Shown here: piece by piece, positions 1 through 9,234 of the stretch
Numbering within the stretch: position 1 is the first letter of the stretch
Layout: each line of letters starts with the position of its first letter
From: Alphaproteobacteria bacterium
Lineage (GTDB): Bacteria > Pseudomonadota > Alphaproteobacteria > UBA828
Length of the DNA: 64,000 bases
NCBI GenBank assembly: GCA_965220745.1
Contig: CBDCQT010000010.1
Coordinates: forward strand, 352,001-416,000
Reading direction: 5' to 3'
The notes under the pieces: generated by a model
Databases searched by the model: none
The model's input: only the letters and a program-made list of their open reading frames with translations
What the model was told of the DNA's origin: nothing
Made by a program: the position numbers and the translations under genes

Positions 1-231
1 CGGATAGGCCGACGCACGATCCTGTCGCGTTACGGTGTCCTGTCGCGCGAAGTACGGTCGATCATGTTGCCGTCTCCTCCGCTTGCCCCGCCCCTTTGTT
101 CTGGGGCACGGACGACGAGATGCCTTCCTGCTCCACTCCTTGTGACCGGGCCGCTCTCGATGACGGCTCTCAGCCACGCGGTCGACAGTGCCTGGATGCC
201 TTGATCCGGTCCAATACCGAATTCTCATGCA

Positions 232-254
232 GGGCATAAGCACCCCTTATGCCC
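232..254. promoter_or_regulatory. Inverted repeat GGGCATAAG-N5-CTTATGCCC with T-N11-A core; likely LysR-type regulator site
   Basis: Perfect 9-bp arms; TTGACA at 268-273 just downstream, upstream of the 384 operon. Confidence 0.6.
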
Positions 255-383
255 GAATGGCATTGATTTGACAGAGAATTGTACGAGCGCCGGTGTGCTG
301 TCCCGCGCGTTGCGGCAAAGGCGGAGCGGACGCAGAATGGAATGGGCCGACACGGACCGTGCAAAGGGAGCGGAGAGCCTCTC

Positions 384-1610
384 ATGGCAGGTGCAATGAT
401 CGATATTCCCGTCGCTGGTGGCGGCGCGTTCAGGGGCTATCTGACGGTGCCGGAGGCGGGCAGCGGGCCGGGCCTCCTGATCGAACAGGAAATTTTCGGG
501 GTCAACGCGAGCCTGCGCGCGATCGCCGACCTTTACGCCGAGGAAGGCTATGTCTGCCTCGTGCCCGATCTCTTCTGGCGCATGGAGCCCGGCGTGGACC
601 TCGGCTACAGCGAGGATGACTTCACCAAGGCCTTCGGCTTCTACCAGCGCTTCGACGTGGACCAGGGCGTCGCCGATATCGGTGCCGCGGTGGAGGCGCT
701 GCGGGCGCGGCCGGAGTGCACGGGCCAAGTGGCTGCCATGGGCTTCTGCCTCGGTGGCAAGCTCGCCTACCTCACTGCGGCCCGCCACGATGTCGATGCG
801 GCGGTCTCGTTCTACGGCGTCGGCATCGAGGAGGCGCTGGACGAATCAGGCGGCATCGGCTGCCCGATGCTCATGCACTTCGCGGGCGAGGACGCGTTCG
901 TGCCGCAGACGGCGGTGGACGCCGTCACGGCCCATTTCGCGGACCGGCCGGAGGTGCGGATCCACGTCTATCCCGGTGTGGATCACGCCTTCTACAACCA
1001 CGGCCGCAGCGAGGTTTACCACCGGCCGTCCGCGATGGTCGCCCATTCGCGCACCATCGCGCTGCTGCGGGGTGCGATCGGCCCTGGCTACGACCTCGAG
1101 AGGCTGTGGGATCGTCACCTCGATTACGAGTTCGCGACGCGGGACACCGGCAAGACCATGGCCACCATGGTGGCCGAGCCTTACGTCAACCACATCCCGA
1201 CCATGACCGGGGGCACCGGCGCCGACGCGCTCAGCCGCTTCTATACCGAGCACTTCATCCCGAAGATGCCGAAGGACACGACGCTCACCCCGCTTTCGCG
1301 CACCGTAGGCGCCGACCGGGTGGTGGACGAGATGGTCTTCAGCTTCACCCACAACGAGGAGATCGACTGGATGCTTCCCGGCGTCGCTCCGACCGGCAAG
1401 AAGGTCAGCGTGCCGCTGGTCGCCATCGTGGCCTTCCGCGGCGACAGGCTCCACCACGAGCATATCTACTGGGATCAGGCCTCGGTGCTGGTGCAGATCG
1501 GCCTGCTGGAGCCGGGAGGGCTACCGGTCGGCGGGGTCGAGACCGCGCACAAGGCCGCCGACGAGACCCTGCCCTCCAACCGCCTGATTCCCGGCTGGGC
1601 CGACGACTAG
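384..1610 (+). CDS. Dienelactone hydrolase family protein fused to a C-terminal SnoaL-like domain
   Basis: QEIFGVN, PDLFWR, GFCLGG nucleophile, YPGVDHAF; second domain PYVNHIPTMTGG...HEHIYWDQASVL; start placed at ATG 384 after GGAGAG. Confidence 0.85.
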   Translation: MAGAMIDIPVAGGGAFRGYLTVPEAGSGPGLLIEQEIFGVNASLRAIADLYAEEGYVCLVPDLFWRMEPGVDLGYSEDDFTKAFGFYQRFDVDQGVADIGAAVEALRARPECTGQVAAMGFCLGGKLAYLTAARHDVDAAVSFYGVGIEEALDESGGIGCPMLMHFAGEDAFVPQTAVDAVTAHFADRPEVRIHVYPGVDHAFYNHGRSEVYHRPSAMVAHSRTIALLRGAIGPGYDLERLWDRHLDYEFATRDTGKTMATMVAEPYVNHIPTMTGGTGADALSRFYTEHFIPKMPKDTTLTPLSRTVGADRVVDEMVFSFTHNEEIDWMLPGVAPTGKKVSVPLVAIVAFRGDRLHHEHIYWDQASVLVQIGLLEPGGLPVGGVETAHKAADETLPSNRLIPGWADD

Positions 1611-1653
1611 AACGCCTGGGGCCGATGGCGATGCACGCTCGGGCCGGCGACGC

Positions 1654-4098
1654 ATGAGCACGCTCGGCACGCCGCTGGAGCGGGTAGAAGATGCGGCGCT
1701 CCTCATGGGCCGCGGCCGCTACATCGACGACATGCCGGTGGCGCCCGGCACGGGCCACGCGGCCATCCTGCGCTCGCCCCACCCCCACGCGCGCCTCTTG
1801 AGCATCGACACGGAAGCCGCGCAAGCGCTGCCGGGCGTGCATGCGGTGGTCACGGGCGAGGACGCGCGCGTCTGGTCCACGCCCTTCATCGTCAGCGTGC
1901 GACAGCCGATGGAGCACTGGTGCATCGCCACCGACCGGGTGCGCTACGCCGGCGAGCCGGTCGCCATCGTCGTGGCCGAGGACCGCTACCGGGCGGAGGA
2001 CGCGCTTGCTCTGATTAACGTGCTCTACGAGCCGCTTGACGCCGTCGTCGATCCCGAGGCCACGCTCAACAGCGACGCGCCGGTGCTGCACGAGAAGGTC
2101 GGCAGCAACCTCGTCAGCGAACGGTCGTTCCGCTACGGCGAGCCGGATGCGGCGTTTGAGGCGGCGGCGCACACGGTCGCGACCACGGTGCGCTATCCAC
2201 GCAACTCCTGCACGCCCATCGAGTGCCTGGGTCTGATTGCCGCCTACGATCCCGGCGAGGACGCCTACGACGTGCTCTCCCACTTCCAGGGACCACTCAC
2301 GCTGCACCCGGTCATGGCGCGGGCGCTCAAGGTGCCGGGGCCGCGGTTCCGGCTGCGCTCGGTGCCGGATTCAGGCGGCAGCTTCGGCATCAAGCAGGCG
2401 GTCTTCCCGCTCATCGTCGCGATGGCGCTCGCGGCACGGAAGGCCGCGCGACCGGTCAAGTGGATCGAGGACCGGCTGGAGCACCTGCTGGCGGCGACAT
2501 CGGCGACCAACCGGATGACACGGATCGAGGCGGCGGTGGAGGCAGACGGGAGAATAACCGCGCTTCGCCTCGACCAACTGGAGGACTGCGGCGCCTACCT
2601 GCGCGCGCCCGAGCCCGCGACGCTCTACCGCAACCACGGCAACCTCACCGGCCCCTACTGCATCCCCCATCTCGCGGTGAACAACCGCGTGGTCGTGACC
2701 AACAAGACGCCCACGGGGCTCAACCGGGGTTTTGGGGGGCCGCAGCTCTACTACTCACTGGAGCGGCTGATGCAACGGGTGGCCGCAACCCTCGACCTCG
2801 ACCCGCTGGAGGTCATCAGGCGCAATCTGGTGACGGCCGACGCCATGCCCTACCGCGCCGCCGCCGGCGCCGTGCTCGATGCCGGCGACTTTCCCGCCAC
2901 CTTGGATCACGGCGCGCGCGAGGGAGCGCTCAACGCGCTGCGCACCAAGCGCGACGCGGCGCGGGCGGAGGGCCGGCTCTATGGCATCGGCTTCGCTGCC
3001 GCGGTGGAGTCCAGCATCTCCAACATGGGTTACATCACTACGGTGCTCAGCGCCGAAGAGCGCCGCAAGGCCGGGCCGAAGGACGGCGCCGTCTCCCACG
3101 CCACGGTCGCGGTAGACCCGCTCGGCGCCGTCACCGTGACCGCCGATTCGATCCCGCAAGGGCAGGGCCACCGCACGGTGCTGGCGCAGGTGGTGGGCGA
3201 CGCGCTGGGCCTCGCGCCCGCCCAAGTTACGGTCGCACTGGAGCACGACACCCAGCGGGACCCCTGGTCCATCGCAGCCGGCAACTACTCGAGCCGCTTC
3301 TCGGGCGCGGTCGCAGGCGCCGCCCACCTCGCAGCGGTGCGGGTGCGCGAACGCCTCGCGCGGATCGCGAGCCAGCAGCTCAACGCCCGGCCTGAGGACG
3401 TGCGCTTCGAGCAGGGGCGCATCTTCGCCGCCGGTAATCCCGGCAACGATCTCGACTTCCGGCGGGTGGCGTCGCTGGTCCACTGGTCGCCTGGCAGTCT
3501 GCCCGACGGCGTGCCGCCGGCGCTGCGCGAGACCGCGTGCTGGACCCCGCCCCAGCTCACCCCGCCCGATGACGACGACCGGATCAACAACTCGGCGGCG
3601 TACAGCTTCATCTTCGATTTCTGCGGGGTCGAAGTGGACCGCGCAACCGGCGCCGTCGCCATCGACCGCTACGTCACCACCCACGATACCGGCCGGCGCC
3701 TCAACCCGGCGCTGGTGGATGGCCAGATTCGGGGCGCCTTCGCCCACGCCGTGGGCGCCGCGTTCTACGAGGAGCTCGCCTATTCCGAGGACGGCAGCTT
3801 CCTCTCCGGCACGCTCGCCGACTACCTGGTGCCGACCGCCTGCGAGGTGCCCAACCCGCAAATCCTGCACCGCGACATACCGACCCCGGCGACGCCATTG
3901 GGAGCGAAGGGCGTGGGCGAAGGCAACTGCATGACCACGCCCGTCTGCCTCGCCAACGCCGTGGCGGATGCATTGGGGGCCGAGAGCCTCGACCTGCCGC
4001 TCACGCCCGCCCGGATCGGCGACCTGATCCACGGGCCGGAGGACGCGCCTCCTTCGGCTCAAAGAGCGACGGAAAGGCAGCCTTCGACCGCCTCGTAG
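1654..4098 (+). CDS. hmfA: Xanthine dehydrogenase family molybdopterin large subunit; 2-furoyl-CoA dehydrogenase HmfA-like
   Basis: RSPHPHA, GGSFGIK, NRGFGGPQ, QGQGH, GAKGVGEG motifs; order L-M-S-CoA ligase-crotonase matches hmfABCDE. Confidence 0.75.
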   Translation: MSTLGTPLERVEDAALLMGRGRYIDDMPVAPGTGHAAILRSPHPHARLLSIDTEAAQALPGVHAVVTGEDARVWSTPFIVSVRQPMEHWCIATDRVRYAGEPVAIVVAEDRYRAEDALALINVLYEPLDAVVDPEATLNSDAPVLHEKVGSNLVSERSFRYGEPDAAFEAAAHTVATTVRYPRNSCTPIECLGLIAAYDPGEDAYDVLSHFQGPLTLHPVMARALKVPGPRFRLRSVPDSGGSFGIKQAVFPLIVAMALAARKAARPVKWIEDRLEHLLAATSATNRMTRIEAAVEADGRITALRLDQLEDCGAYLRAPEPATLYRNHGNLTGPYCIPHLAVNNRVVVTNKTPTGLNRGFGGPQLYYSLERLMQRVAATLDLDPLEVIRRNLVTADAMPYRAAAGAVLDAGDFPATLDHGAREGALNALRTKRDAARAEGRLYGIGFAAAVESSISNMGYITTVLSAEERRKAGPKDGAVSHATVAVDPLGAVTVTADSIPQGQGHRTVLAQVVGDALGLAPAQVTVALEHDTQRDPWSIAAGNYSSRFSGAVAGAAHLAAVRVRERLARIASQQLNARPEDVRFEQGRIFAAGNPGNDLDFRRVASLVHWSPGSLPDGVPPALRETACWTPPQLTPPDDDDRINNSAAYSFIFDFCGVEVDRATGAVAIDRYVTTHDTGRRLNPALVDGQIRGAFAHAVGAAFYEELAYSEDGSFLSGTLADYLVPTACEVPNPQILHRDIPTPATPLGAKGVGEGNCMTTPVCLANAVADALGAESLDLPLTPARIGDLIHGPEDAPPSAQRATERQPSTAS

Positions 4099-4214
4099 AG
4101 ATTGCTCAGCAGTTCCTCGAAGGTCTCGCCTTGCGTCGCACAGCCGGGGATTGCGGGCACCTCGGCCCAATAGCCCCCCTCTTCCGCTTCATGCACGATC
4201 ACCTTCAATTTCAT
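4059..4214 (-). pseudogene. hicB: Short, probably truncated HicB-family antitoxin
   Basis: MKLKVIVHEAEEGGYWAEVPAIPGCATQGETFEELLSNLYEAVEGCL is a typical HicB N-domain; GAGGAG RBS; only 51 aa; overlaps the hmfA 3' end; no hicA nearby. Confidence 0.75.
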
Positions 4215-4304
4215 GGCACGCTCCTCGCGGATACCGCCCTGCCGGCGGGCTCGGGGGATCGCGCCATGATACCAACGCGCCCCTGATCCGGGTATAGGGA
4301 CGCC

Positions 4305-5132
4305 ATGAAGCCTGCGCCCTTCGACTATCTGCGGCCCGTCGACGAGGAGGAGGCGCTGGAGGCCCTCGCCGAGGCAGGGGACGACGCGCGGCTGCTCGCG
4401 GGTGGCCAAACCCTGATGCCGATGCTCAACATGCGGCTGGTGGAGCCGGGAGTGCTCATCGACATCTCCCGGCTGGTGGGCCGCGCCGGGATCGAGGACG
4501 ACGGGAACGTCATCGAGGTCGGCGCGGCGGTGACTCAGGCCGAGCTGGAGGCCTGGCCCGCGCTCGCCGAGCGCGCACCCCTGTTGGCCCAGGCGCTACC
4601 CCTGCTCGGCCATGTCCAGACCCGAAGCCGGGGCACGGTGTGCGGCTCCATCGCCTTCGCCGATCCCAGCGCGGAACTGCCGCTTTGCCTGGCTGTGCAG
4701 GGGGGCGACGTGGTGCTGCGCTCGCGTGCGGGCACGCGAACGCTGCCCGCCGCCGAGTTTCAGACCGGGATGCTGTCCACCGCCTGCCGAGAGGACGAGA
4801 TGGTGGCGGCGGTGCGCTTCCCCACCGCCGAGCCGGGCGCGGGCTACGCCTTCACTGAATTCGCGCGTCGGCACGGGGACTTTGCCGTGGTCGCCATCGT
4901 CGCCATCGCGCGGGCGAACGGCATCAGGATCGGCGTCGGCGGCGTGGCCGAGCAACCGGTCGTCCAGGACTGGCCGCTCCTCGCCGGCGGTGCGCTCGAC
5001 GACGCGCTCAACGCGCTAGCCTGGTCTCTGGACGCCGCCGACGATGTTCACGCCAGCGCCCGCTACCGGCGCGAGCTGGTGCGCCGCCTGGGCAAACAGA
5101 CGATCGCCGCGGCGCTGGAGGCGCATCCATGA
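4305..5132 (+). CDS. hmfB: Molybdoenzyme FAD-binding medium subunit (HmfB-like)
   Basis: MKPAPFDY, LAGGQTLMPMLNMR, RGTVCGS, RRHGDFA. Confidence 0.8.
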   Translation: MKPAPFDYLRPVDEEEALEALAEAGDDARLLAGGQTLMPMLNMRLVEPGVLIDISRLVGRAGIEDDGNVIEVGAAVTQAELEAWPALAERAPLLAQALPLLGHVQTRSRGTVCGSIAFADPSAELPLCLAVQGGDVVLRSRAGTRTLPAAEFQTGMLSTACREDEMVAAVRFPTAEPGAGYAFTEFARRHGDFAVVAIVAIARANGIRIGVGGVAEQPVVQDWPLLAGGALDDALNALAWSLDAADDVHASARYRRELVRRLGKQTIAAALEAHP

Positions 5133-5632
5133 AGCGGCTCGACGCGGAGAGCCGCCATCGGGTCGGGCTCACCCTCAACGGCCGCGAGGCCCAGGGCTGG
5201 GCCGAGCCGCGCATGCTGCTGAGCGATTTTCTGCGTCACGAGCTCGGCGCCACCGGCACCCATGTCGGCTGCGAGCACGGGGTCTGCGGCGCCTGCACGG
5301 TGCGCCTCGACGGCGCCCCGGTGCGCGCCTGCCTGACGCTCGCGGTGCAGGCCGACGGCCGGCGCGTGGACACGGTGGAGGGTCTCGCCCCCAACGGTGA
5401 GCTGAACGACCTGCAGGCGGCGTTCCGCCGCCACCACGCGCTGCAATGCGGCTTCTGCACCGCCGGCATCCTGATGTCCCTCGACGCCTGGCTCGAAAGC
5501 CGGCCGGCGCCCGACGAAGGCGAAGTCCGGGCGCTGCTCAGCGGCCACCTCTGCCGTTGCACCGGCTATACCGGGATCGTCGCGGCCGCACTCGACGCTG
5601 CGGAGGCGCGGCAGCGCGGGAATGACTCATGA
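5129..5632 (+). CDS. hmfC: Molybdoenzyme 2Fe-2S small subunit (HmfC-like)
   Basis: GCEHGVCGACTV, QCGFCTAG, CRCTGY; ATGA overlap with the upstream gene. Confidence 0.85.
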   Translation: MKRLDAESRHRVGLTLNGREAQGWAEPRMLLSDFLRHELGATGTHVGCEHGVCGACTVRLDGAPVRACLTLAVQADGRRVDTVEGLAPNGELNDLQAAFRRHHALQCGFCTAGILMSLDAWLESRPAPDEGEVRALLSGHLCRCTGYTGIVAAALDAAEARQRGNDS

Positions 5633-7173
5633 CCGACCTGGGCCGCACGTTAATCGCGGCGGCGGAGCGGAACCCGCGTGCGCTCGCCGTCGTCGATGGC
5701 GCGCGGCGCTTCGATTACGCCGCGTGGCTCGATACGGCCGCGCGCCTCGCCGCGGGCCTCGGCGGCCTGGGGCTCGGGCGCGGCGACCGGCTCGCAGTCA
5801 TCATGCAGAACCGGTGGCAGATGGCGGCACTGCACTGGGCCTGCCAGCTTGCGGGCGTTGTCGTGGTGCCGCTCAACTGGCGGAGCACCGCCGACGAGCT
5901 GGATTACTTTCTGGAGGATTCGGGCGCGGCAGCGCTGGCCTTCGACGAGTCCGCCGTCGATGCCGTCGCGGGTTCCACCCGCTCGGCCCAATTGCGCCGC
6001 ATCGCGGCCGGAGATGCGCCCGGCGGCACGATCGATTTCGGTAAGCTGCCGACAGGGTCGGCGGAGGCCGCACCTGGAGCCGGCGAAGACGACCTCTCGC
6101 TCATGCTCTACACCTCCGGCACCACCGGGCGCGGCAAGGGCGTGCCACGCACGCACCGTGCCGAACGCGCGGCGGCGCTGGCCCACATCGCGCAGAACTG
6201 CTACCGCGCGGGCGAGCGCACCCTGGGCGTCATGCCGCTCTACCACACCATGGGCGTGCGCTCGCTGCTCGCGATGGTGCCCGTGGGCGGCGCCTTCGTC
6301 TGCCAGCATCGCTTCGACAGGGACGAGGCGCTCCGGCTGATCGAGGCCGAGCGGATCACCGCCCTCTATCTGGTGCCGACGCTCTACTTCGACCTGTTGG
6401 GGGCTCCGGGGTTTGACGGCGCCGATGTCTCCTCGGTGCGCAAGCTGGGGTTTGCCGGGGCACCGATGGCCGAAGGGCTGCTGCGCCGGGTCGAAAGCGC
6501 CTTCCGGCCCGAGCTCTTCGTCAATCACTACGGCTCCTCGGAGATCTACACTTTCACGATCGATCAGAACGCGGCGGCCAAGCCGGGCTCGGCGGGCAAG
6601 GCCGGCATCAACCAGCGCGTCCGCGTGGTGGAGATCGGCGCGGGCGATCCCGAGCGCACCGTGGCCGCCGGTGTCGAAGGCGAGGTGATCGCGAGCCTGG
6701 AGAGCGAGGAAGCCTTCGCCGGCTACTGGCAGCGGCCGGATGCAGACGCGCGGGCGCTGAGGCGGGGCTGGTATTTCACCGGCGATGTCGGCTATTGCGA
6801 CGACGACGGCGATCTCTTCGTGACGGGCCGGGTCGACGACATGATCATCACCGGCGGCGAGAACGTGCTGCCCGCCGAGATCGAAAGCGTGCTCTCGGTC
6901 CACCCGGCGGTGGCGCAGGCGGCGGTGGCGGGGCTCGCGGACGAGCGCTGGGGGCAACAAGTCGCGGCCTTCGTTGTGCGCAGCGGCCCGGTGGACGCGG
7001 CGGCGCTCGACGCCCATTGCCGAGCGTCGACGCTGGCCGACTTCAAGCGGCCGCGCGCGTACGTTTTCGTCCGGGCGATCCCGAAATCGCCGGTGGGCAA
7101 GGTGCTGCGCCGCCTGCTGATCGCGGGCGAGTACGAGGAAGACGAAGACTGCGCGGCCAGGAGAAGCGCGTGA
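5629..7173 (+). CDS. hmfD: AMP-binding acyl-CoA synthetase (2-furoyl-CoA synthetase HmfD-like)
   Basis: YTSGTTGRGKG, YGSSE, TGD, GRVDDMIITGGENV, PKSPVGK. Confidence 0.8.
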   Translation: MTDLGRTLIAAAERNPRALAVVDGARRFDYAAWLDTAARLAAGLGGLGLGRGDRLAVIMQNRWQMAALHWACQLAGVVVVPLNWRSTADELDYFLEDSGAAALAFDESAVDAVAGSTRSAQLRRIAAGDAPGGTIDFGKLPTGSAEAAPGAGEDDLSLMLYTSGTTGRGKGVPRTHRAERAAALAHIAQNCYRAGERTLGVMPLYHTMGVRSLLAMVPVGGAFVCQHRFDRDEALRLIEAERITALYLVPTLYFDLLGAPGFDGADVSSVRKLGFAGAPMAEGLLRRVESAFRPELFVNHYGSSEIYTFTIDQNAAAKPGSAGKAGINQRVRVVEIGAGDPERTVAAGVEGEVIASLESEEAFAGYWQRPDADARALRRGWYFTGDVGYCDDDGDLFVTGRVDDMIITGGENVLPAEIESVLSVHPAVAQAAVAGLADERWGQQVAAFVVRSGPVDAAALDAHCRASTLADFKRPRAYVFVRAIPKSPVGKVLRRLLIAGEYEEDEDCAARRSA

Positions 7174-7961
7174 CGACAACGGGTCCTTACGACGATCTCG
7201 ACGGCTTCCGCGTGGAGGTGGACCGCGCGGCGGCGCGGGCCGACATCGTGCTCGACCGCCCGCCGCTCAACGTCGTGAGCATGCCGCAGCGGGACCAGCT
7301 TGCCGCCGTCTTCGCCGCGCTCGACGCCGATGGGGACGTTCGCGTGATCGTGCTCCGGGCGAGGGGCAAGCACTTCTCCAGCGGCGGCGACATCCCCGGC
7401 TTCATGACGCGCGCGCCCGAGCAGTTGGCGGTGCTGGCACGCAACGTGGCCGCGCCCGGGCGTTGCCGCCAGCCGGTGATCGCGGCGATCCACGGCTACT
7501 GCTTCGGCGTCGCCTTCGAGCTTTCGCTCGCCTGCGACTTCCGCATCGTCACGGAGACCGCGCTGCTCGGTCTGCCGGAGCAGCGCATCGGCATGATTCC
7601 GGGCTCCGGCGGCTCGGCCCGGCTCGCGCGGATGATCGGCATCGGGCGCACCAAGGACCTGGTGATGCGTGCAAGGCGGTTGCCGGGCCCGGAGGCGCAC
7701 GCGTGGGGCATCGCGCTCGACTGCGTGCCCGCAGACCAGCTTGCGAACGCGACCGACGCCCTGGTGGAGGAGCTCAAGGCCTTCTCGCCGCTGGCCCAGC
7801 GCACCGCGAAGAAGCTCCTCAACGAGGCCGAGGACGCGCCGCTCAGCGTGACCATCGCCCTGGAAGGCGAAGCCTATGGTAGGCTGCGCTCATCGGCCGA
7901 CTTCGCGGAAGGCGTGGCCTCCTTCACCGAAAAGCGCAAGCCGGTCTTCAAGGGAGAGTAG
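7170..7961 (+). CDS. hmfE: Enoyl-CoA hydratase/crotonase family (2-oxoglutaroyl-CoA hydrolase HmfE-like)
   Basis: FSSGGDI, GYCFGVAFELSLACD, LPEQRIGMIPGSGGS, EKRKPVFKG; GTG start overlapping the hmfD stop. Confidence 0.8.
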   Translation: MTTTGPYDDLDGFRVEVDRAAARADIVLDRPPLNVVSMPQRDQLAAVFAALDADGDVRVIVLRARGKHFSSGGDIPGFMTRAPEQLAVLARNVAAPGRCRQPVIAAIHGYCFGVAFELSLACDFRIVTETALLGLPEQRIGMIPGSGGSARLARMIGIGRTKDLVMRARRLPGPEAHAWGIALDCVPADQLANATDALVEELKAFSPLAQRTAKKLLNEAEDAPLSVTIALEGEAYGRLRSSADFAEGVASFTEKRKPVFKGE

Positions 7962-7968
7962 CGCTCGC

Positions 7969-9234
7969 ATGGACGACGCTCCGCCCCCCGCAGCGCAGGA
8001 TGCGGATACGGACGTATCGGAGGGTCCGGCCGCTCCCGCCCGCCTCGCGCGCTTTCACCTCGATCCGGTGGGGGGGATTGCGGGCGACATGTTCGCCGCG
8101 GCGGTGCTCGACGCCCGGCCGGCGTTGGCCGACGGTCTGCACGCGACGCTCGCCGCGCTCGAGCCGCCACCGTCGGTGGAGATCGCGATCGACCCGTACG
8201 GGGACGCAGCGCTCACCGGCATGCGCTTCCGGGTGACGGCGCCCGAAGACGAGGGCCACGGCCATGTGCGGCTGGCGGATGTACGCGCCCGGCTGAAGGC
8301 CGCCCGTATCGAACCCGCCGTGCGCAAGCGGGCGCTCGCGATCTTCACGCTGCTTGCCGAGGCCGAGGGCGCGGTGCACGGCGTGGAACCGGCGGAGGTC
8401 ACCTTCCACGAGGTCGGCGCCTGGGACGCGACCGTCGATATCGTCGCGGCGGCGTTTCTGATCGAGGCGCTGGGTACCGCCCGCTGGTCCTGCGGCGCCA
8501 TCCCGCTCGGCTCGGGCCGGGTGCGCTGCGCCCACGGCCTGCTGCCCGTACCGGCGCCTGCCGTGGTTCATCTTCTGCGGGGGCTGGCGACCCACGACGA
8601 CGGCATCGAGGGCGAGCGGGTCACGCCCACCGGCGCGGCCATCCTGGCCCACCTTACGCCAGCCCAGGCGTCCGGGGAGCCGGAAACGCTGGTGGGTGTG
8701 GGCACCGGCTTCGGTAGCCGGACCCTGCCGGGCCTCAGCAACGTGCTGCGTGTGCTGGAGTTCGCGCCCGTCACGCCGGCCGAGGCGCAGGAACGGGTCG
8801 CGGTGCTGCGCTTCGAAATCGACGACCAGACGGCGGAGGATCTGGCGCTCGGCCTCGACCGCCTGCGGGCGCATCCCGGCGTGCTCGATGTCCTGCAATG
8901 GCCGGCTTACGGCAAGAAGGGCCGCCTGGTAGCTGCGATTCAGGTGCTCGCCGAGGCGGACGCGCTCGACGCCGCGCTTGCGGCGGTCTTCGACGAGACC
9001 ACCACGCTCGGTGTGCGCTGGTCCAGGGTCGCCCGCAGCGCGCTTGCGCGGGACACGGCGACCCATGCCGACGCGCTCGGCACGGTCCGGGTGAAGCGTG
9101 CGCGCCGCCCGGCCGGCACCGTGACCGCTAAGGCGGAGCTCGCCGACCTCGCGGGCAGCGCGGGCCACGCGGTGCGCGAAGAGCGCAGGCGCGATGCAGA
9201 GGCGGCGGCGCTCGGGCGGGGCAAAAATGGCTGA
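7969..9234 (+). CDS. larC: Nickel-pincer cofactor nickel insertase LarC
   Basis: GIAGDM, HGH, FHEVGAWD.VDIV, AHGLLPVPAPA, TPTGAAIL, EIDD, KKGR, ETTTLGVR. Confidence 0.9.
   Translation: MDDAPPPAAQDADTDVSEGPAAPARLARFHLDPVGGIAGDMFAAAVLDARPALADGLHATLAALEPPPSVEIAIDPYGDAALTGMRFRVTAPEDEGHGHVRLADVRARLKAARIEPAVRKRALAIFTLLAEAEGAVHGVEPAEVTFHEVGAWDATVDIVAAAFLIEALGTARWSCGAIPLGSGRVRCAHGLLPVPAPAVVHLLRGLATHDDGIEGERVTPTGAAILAHLTPAQASGEPETLVGVGTGFGSRTLPGLSNVLRVLEFAPVTPAEAQERVAVLRFEIDDQTAEDLALGLDRLRAHPGVLDVLQWPAYGKKGRLVAAIQVLAEADALDAALAAVFDETTTLGVRWSRVARSALARDTATHADALGTVRVKRARRPAGTVTAKAELADLAGSAGHAVREERRRDAEAAALGRGKNG

Noticed and set aside
30-65. 11-codon minus-strand ORF with a [10 protein letters not shown] and a repeated TCCTGTCGCG
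   Set aside because: Too short and at the window edge; cannot distinguish a leader peptide or broken gene from chance
1654-5632. True aerobic CO dehydrogenase
   Set aside because: Active-site loop is LNRGFG, not AYxCSFR or AYRGAGR, and the context is CoA-dependent acid catabolism
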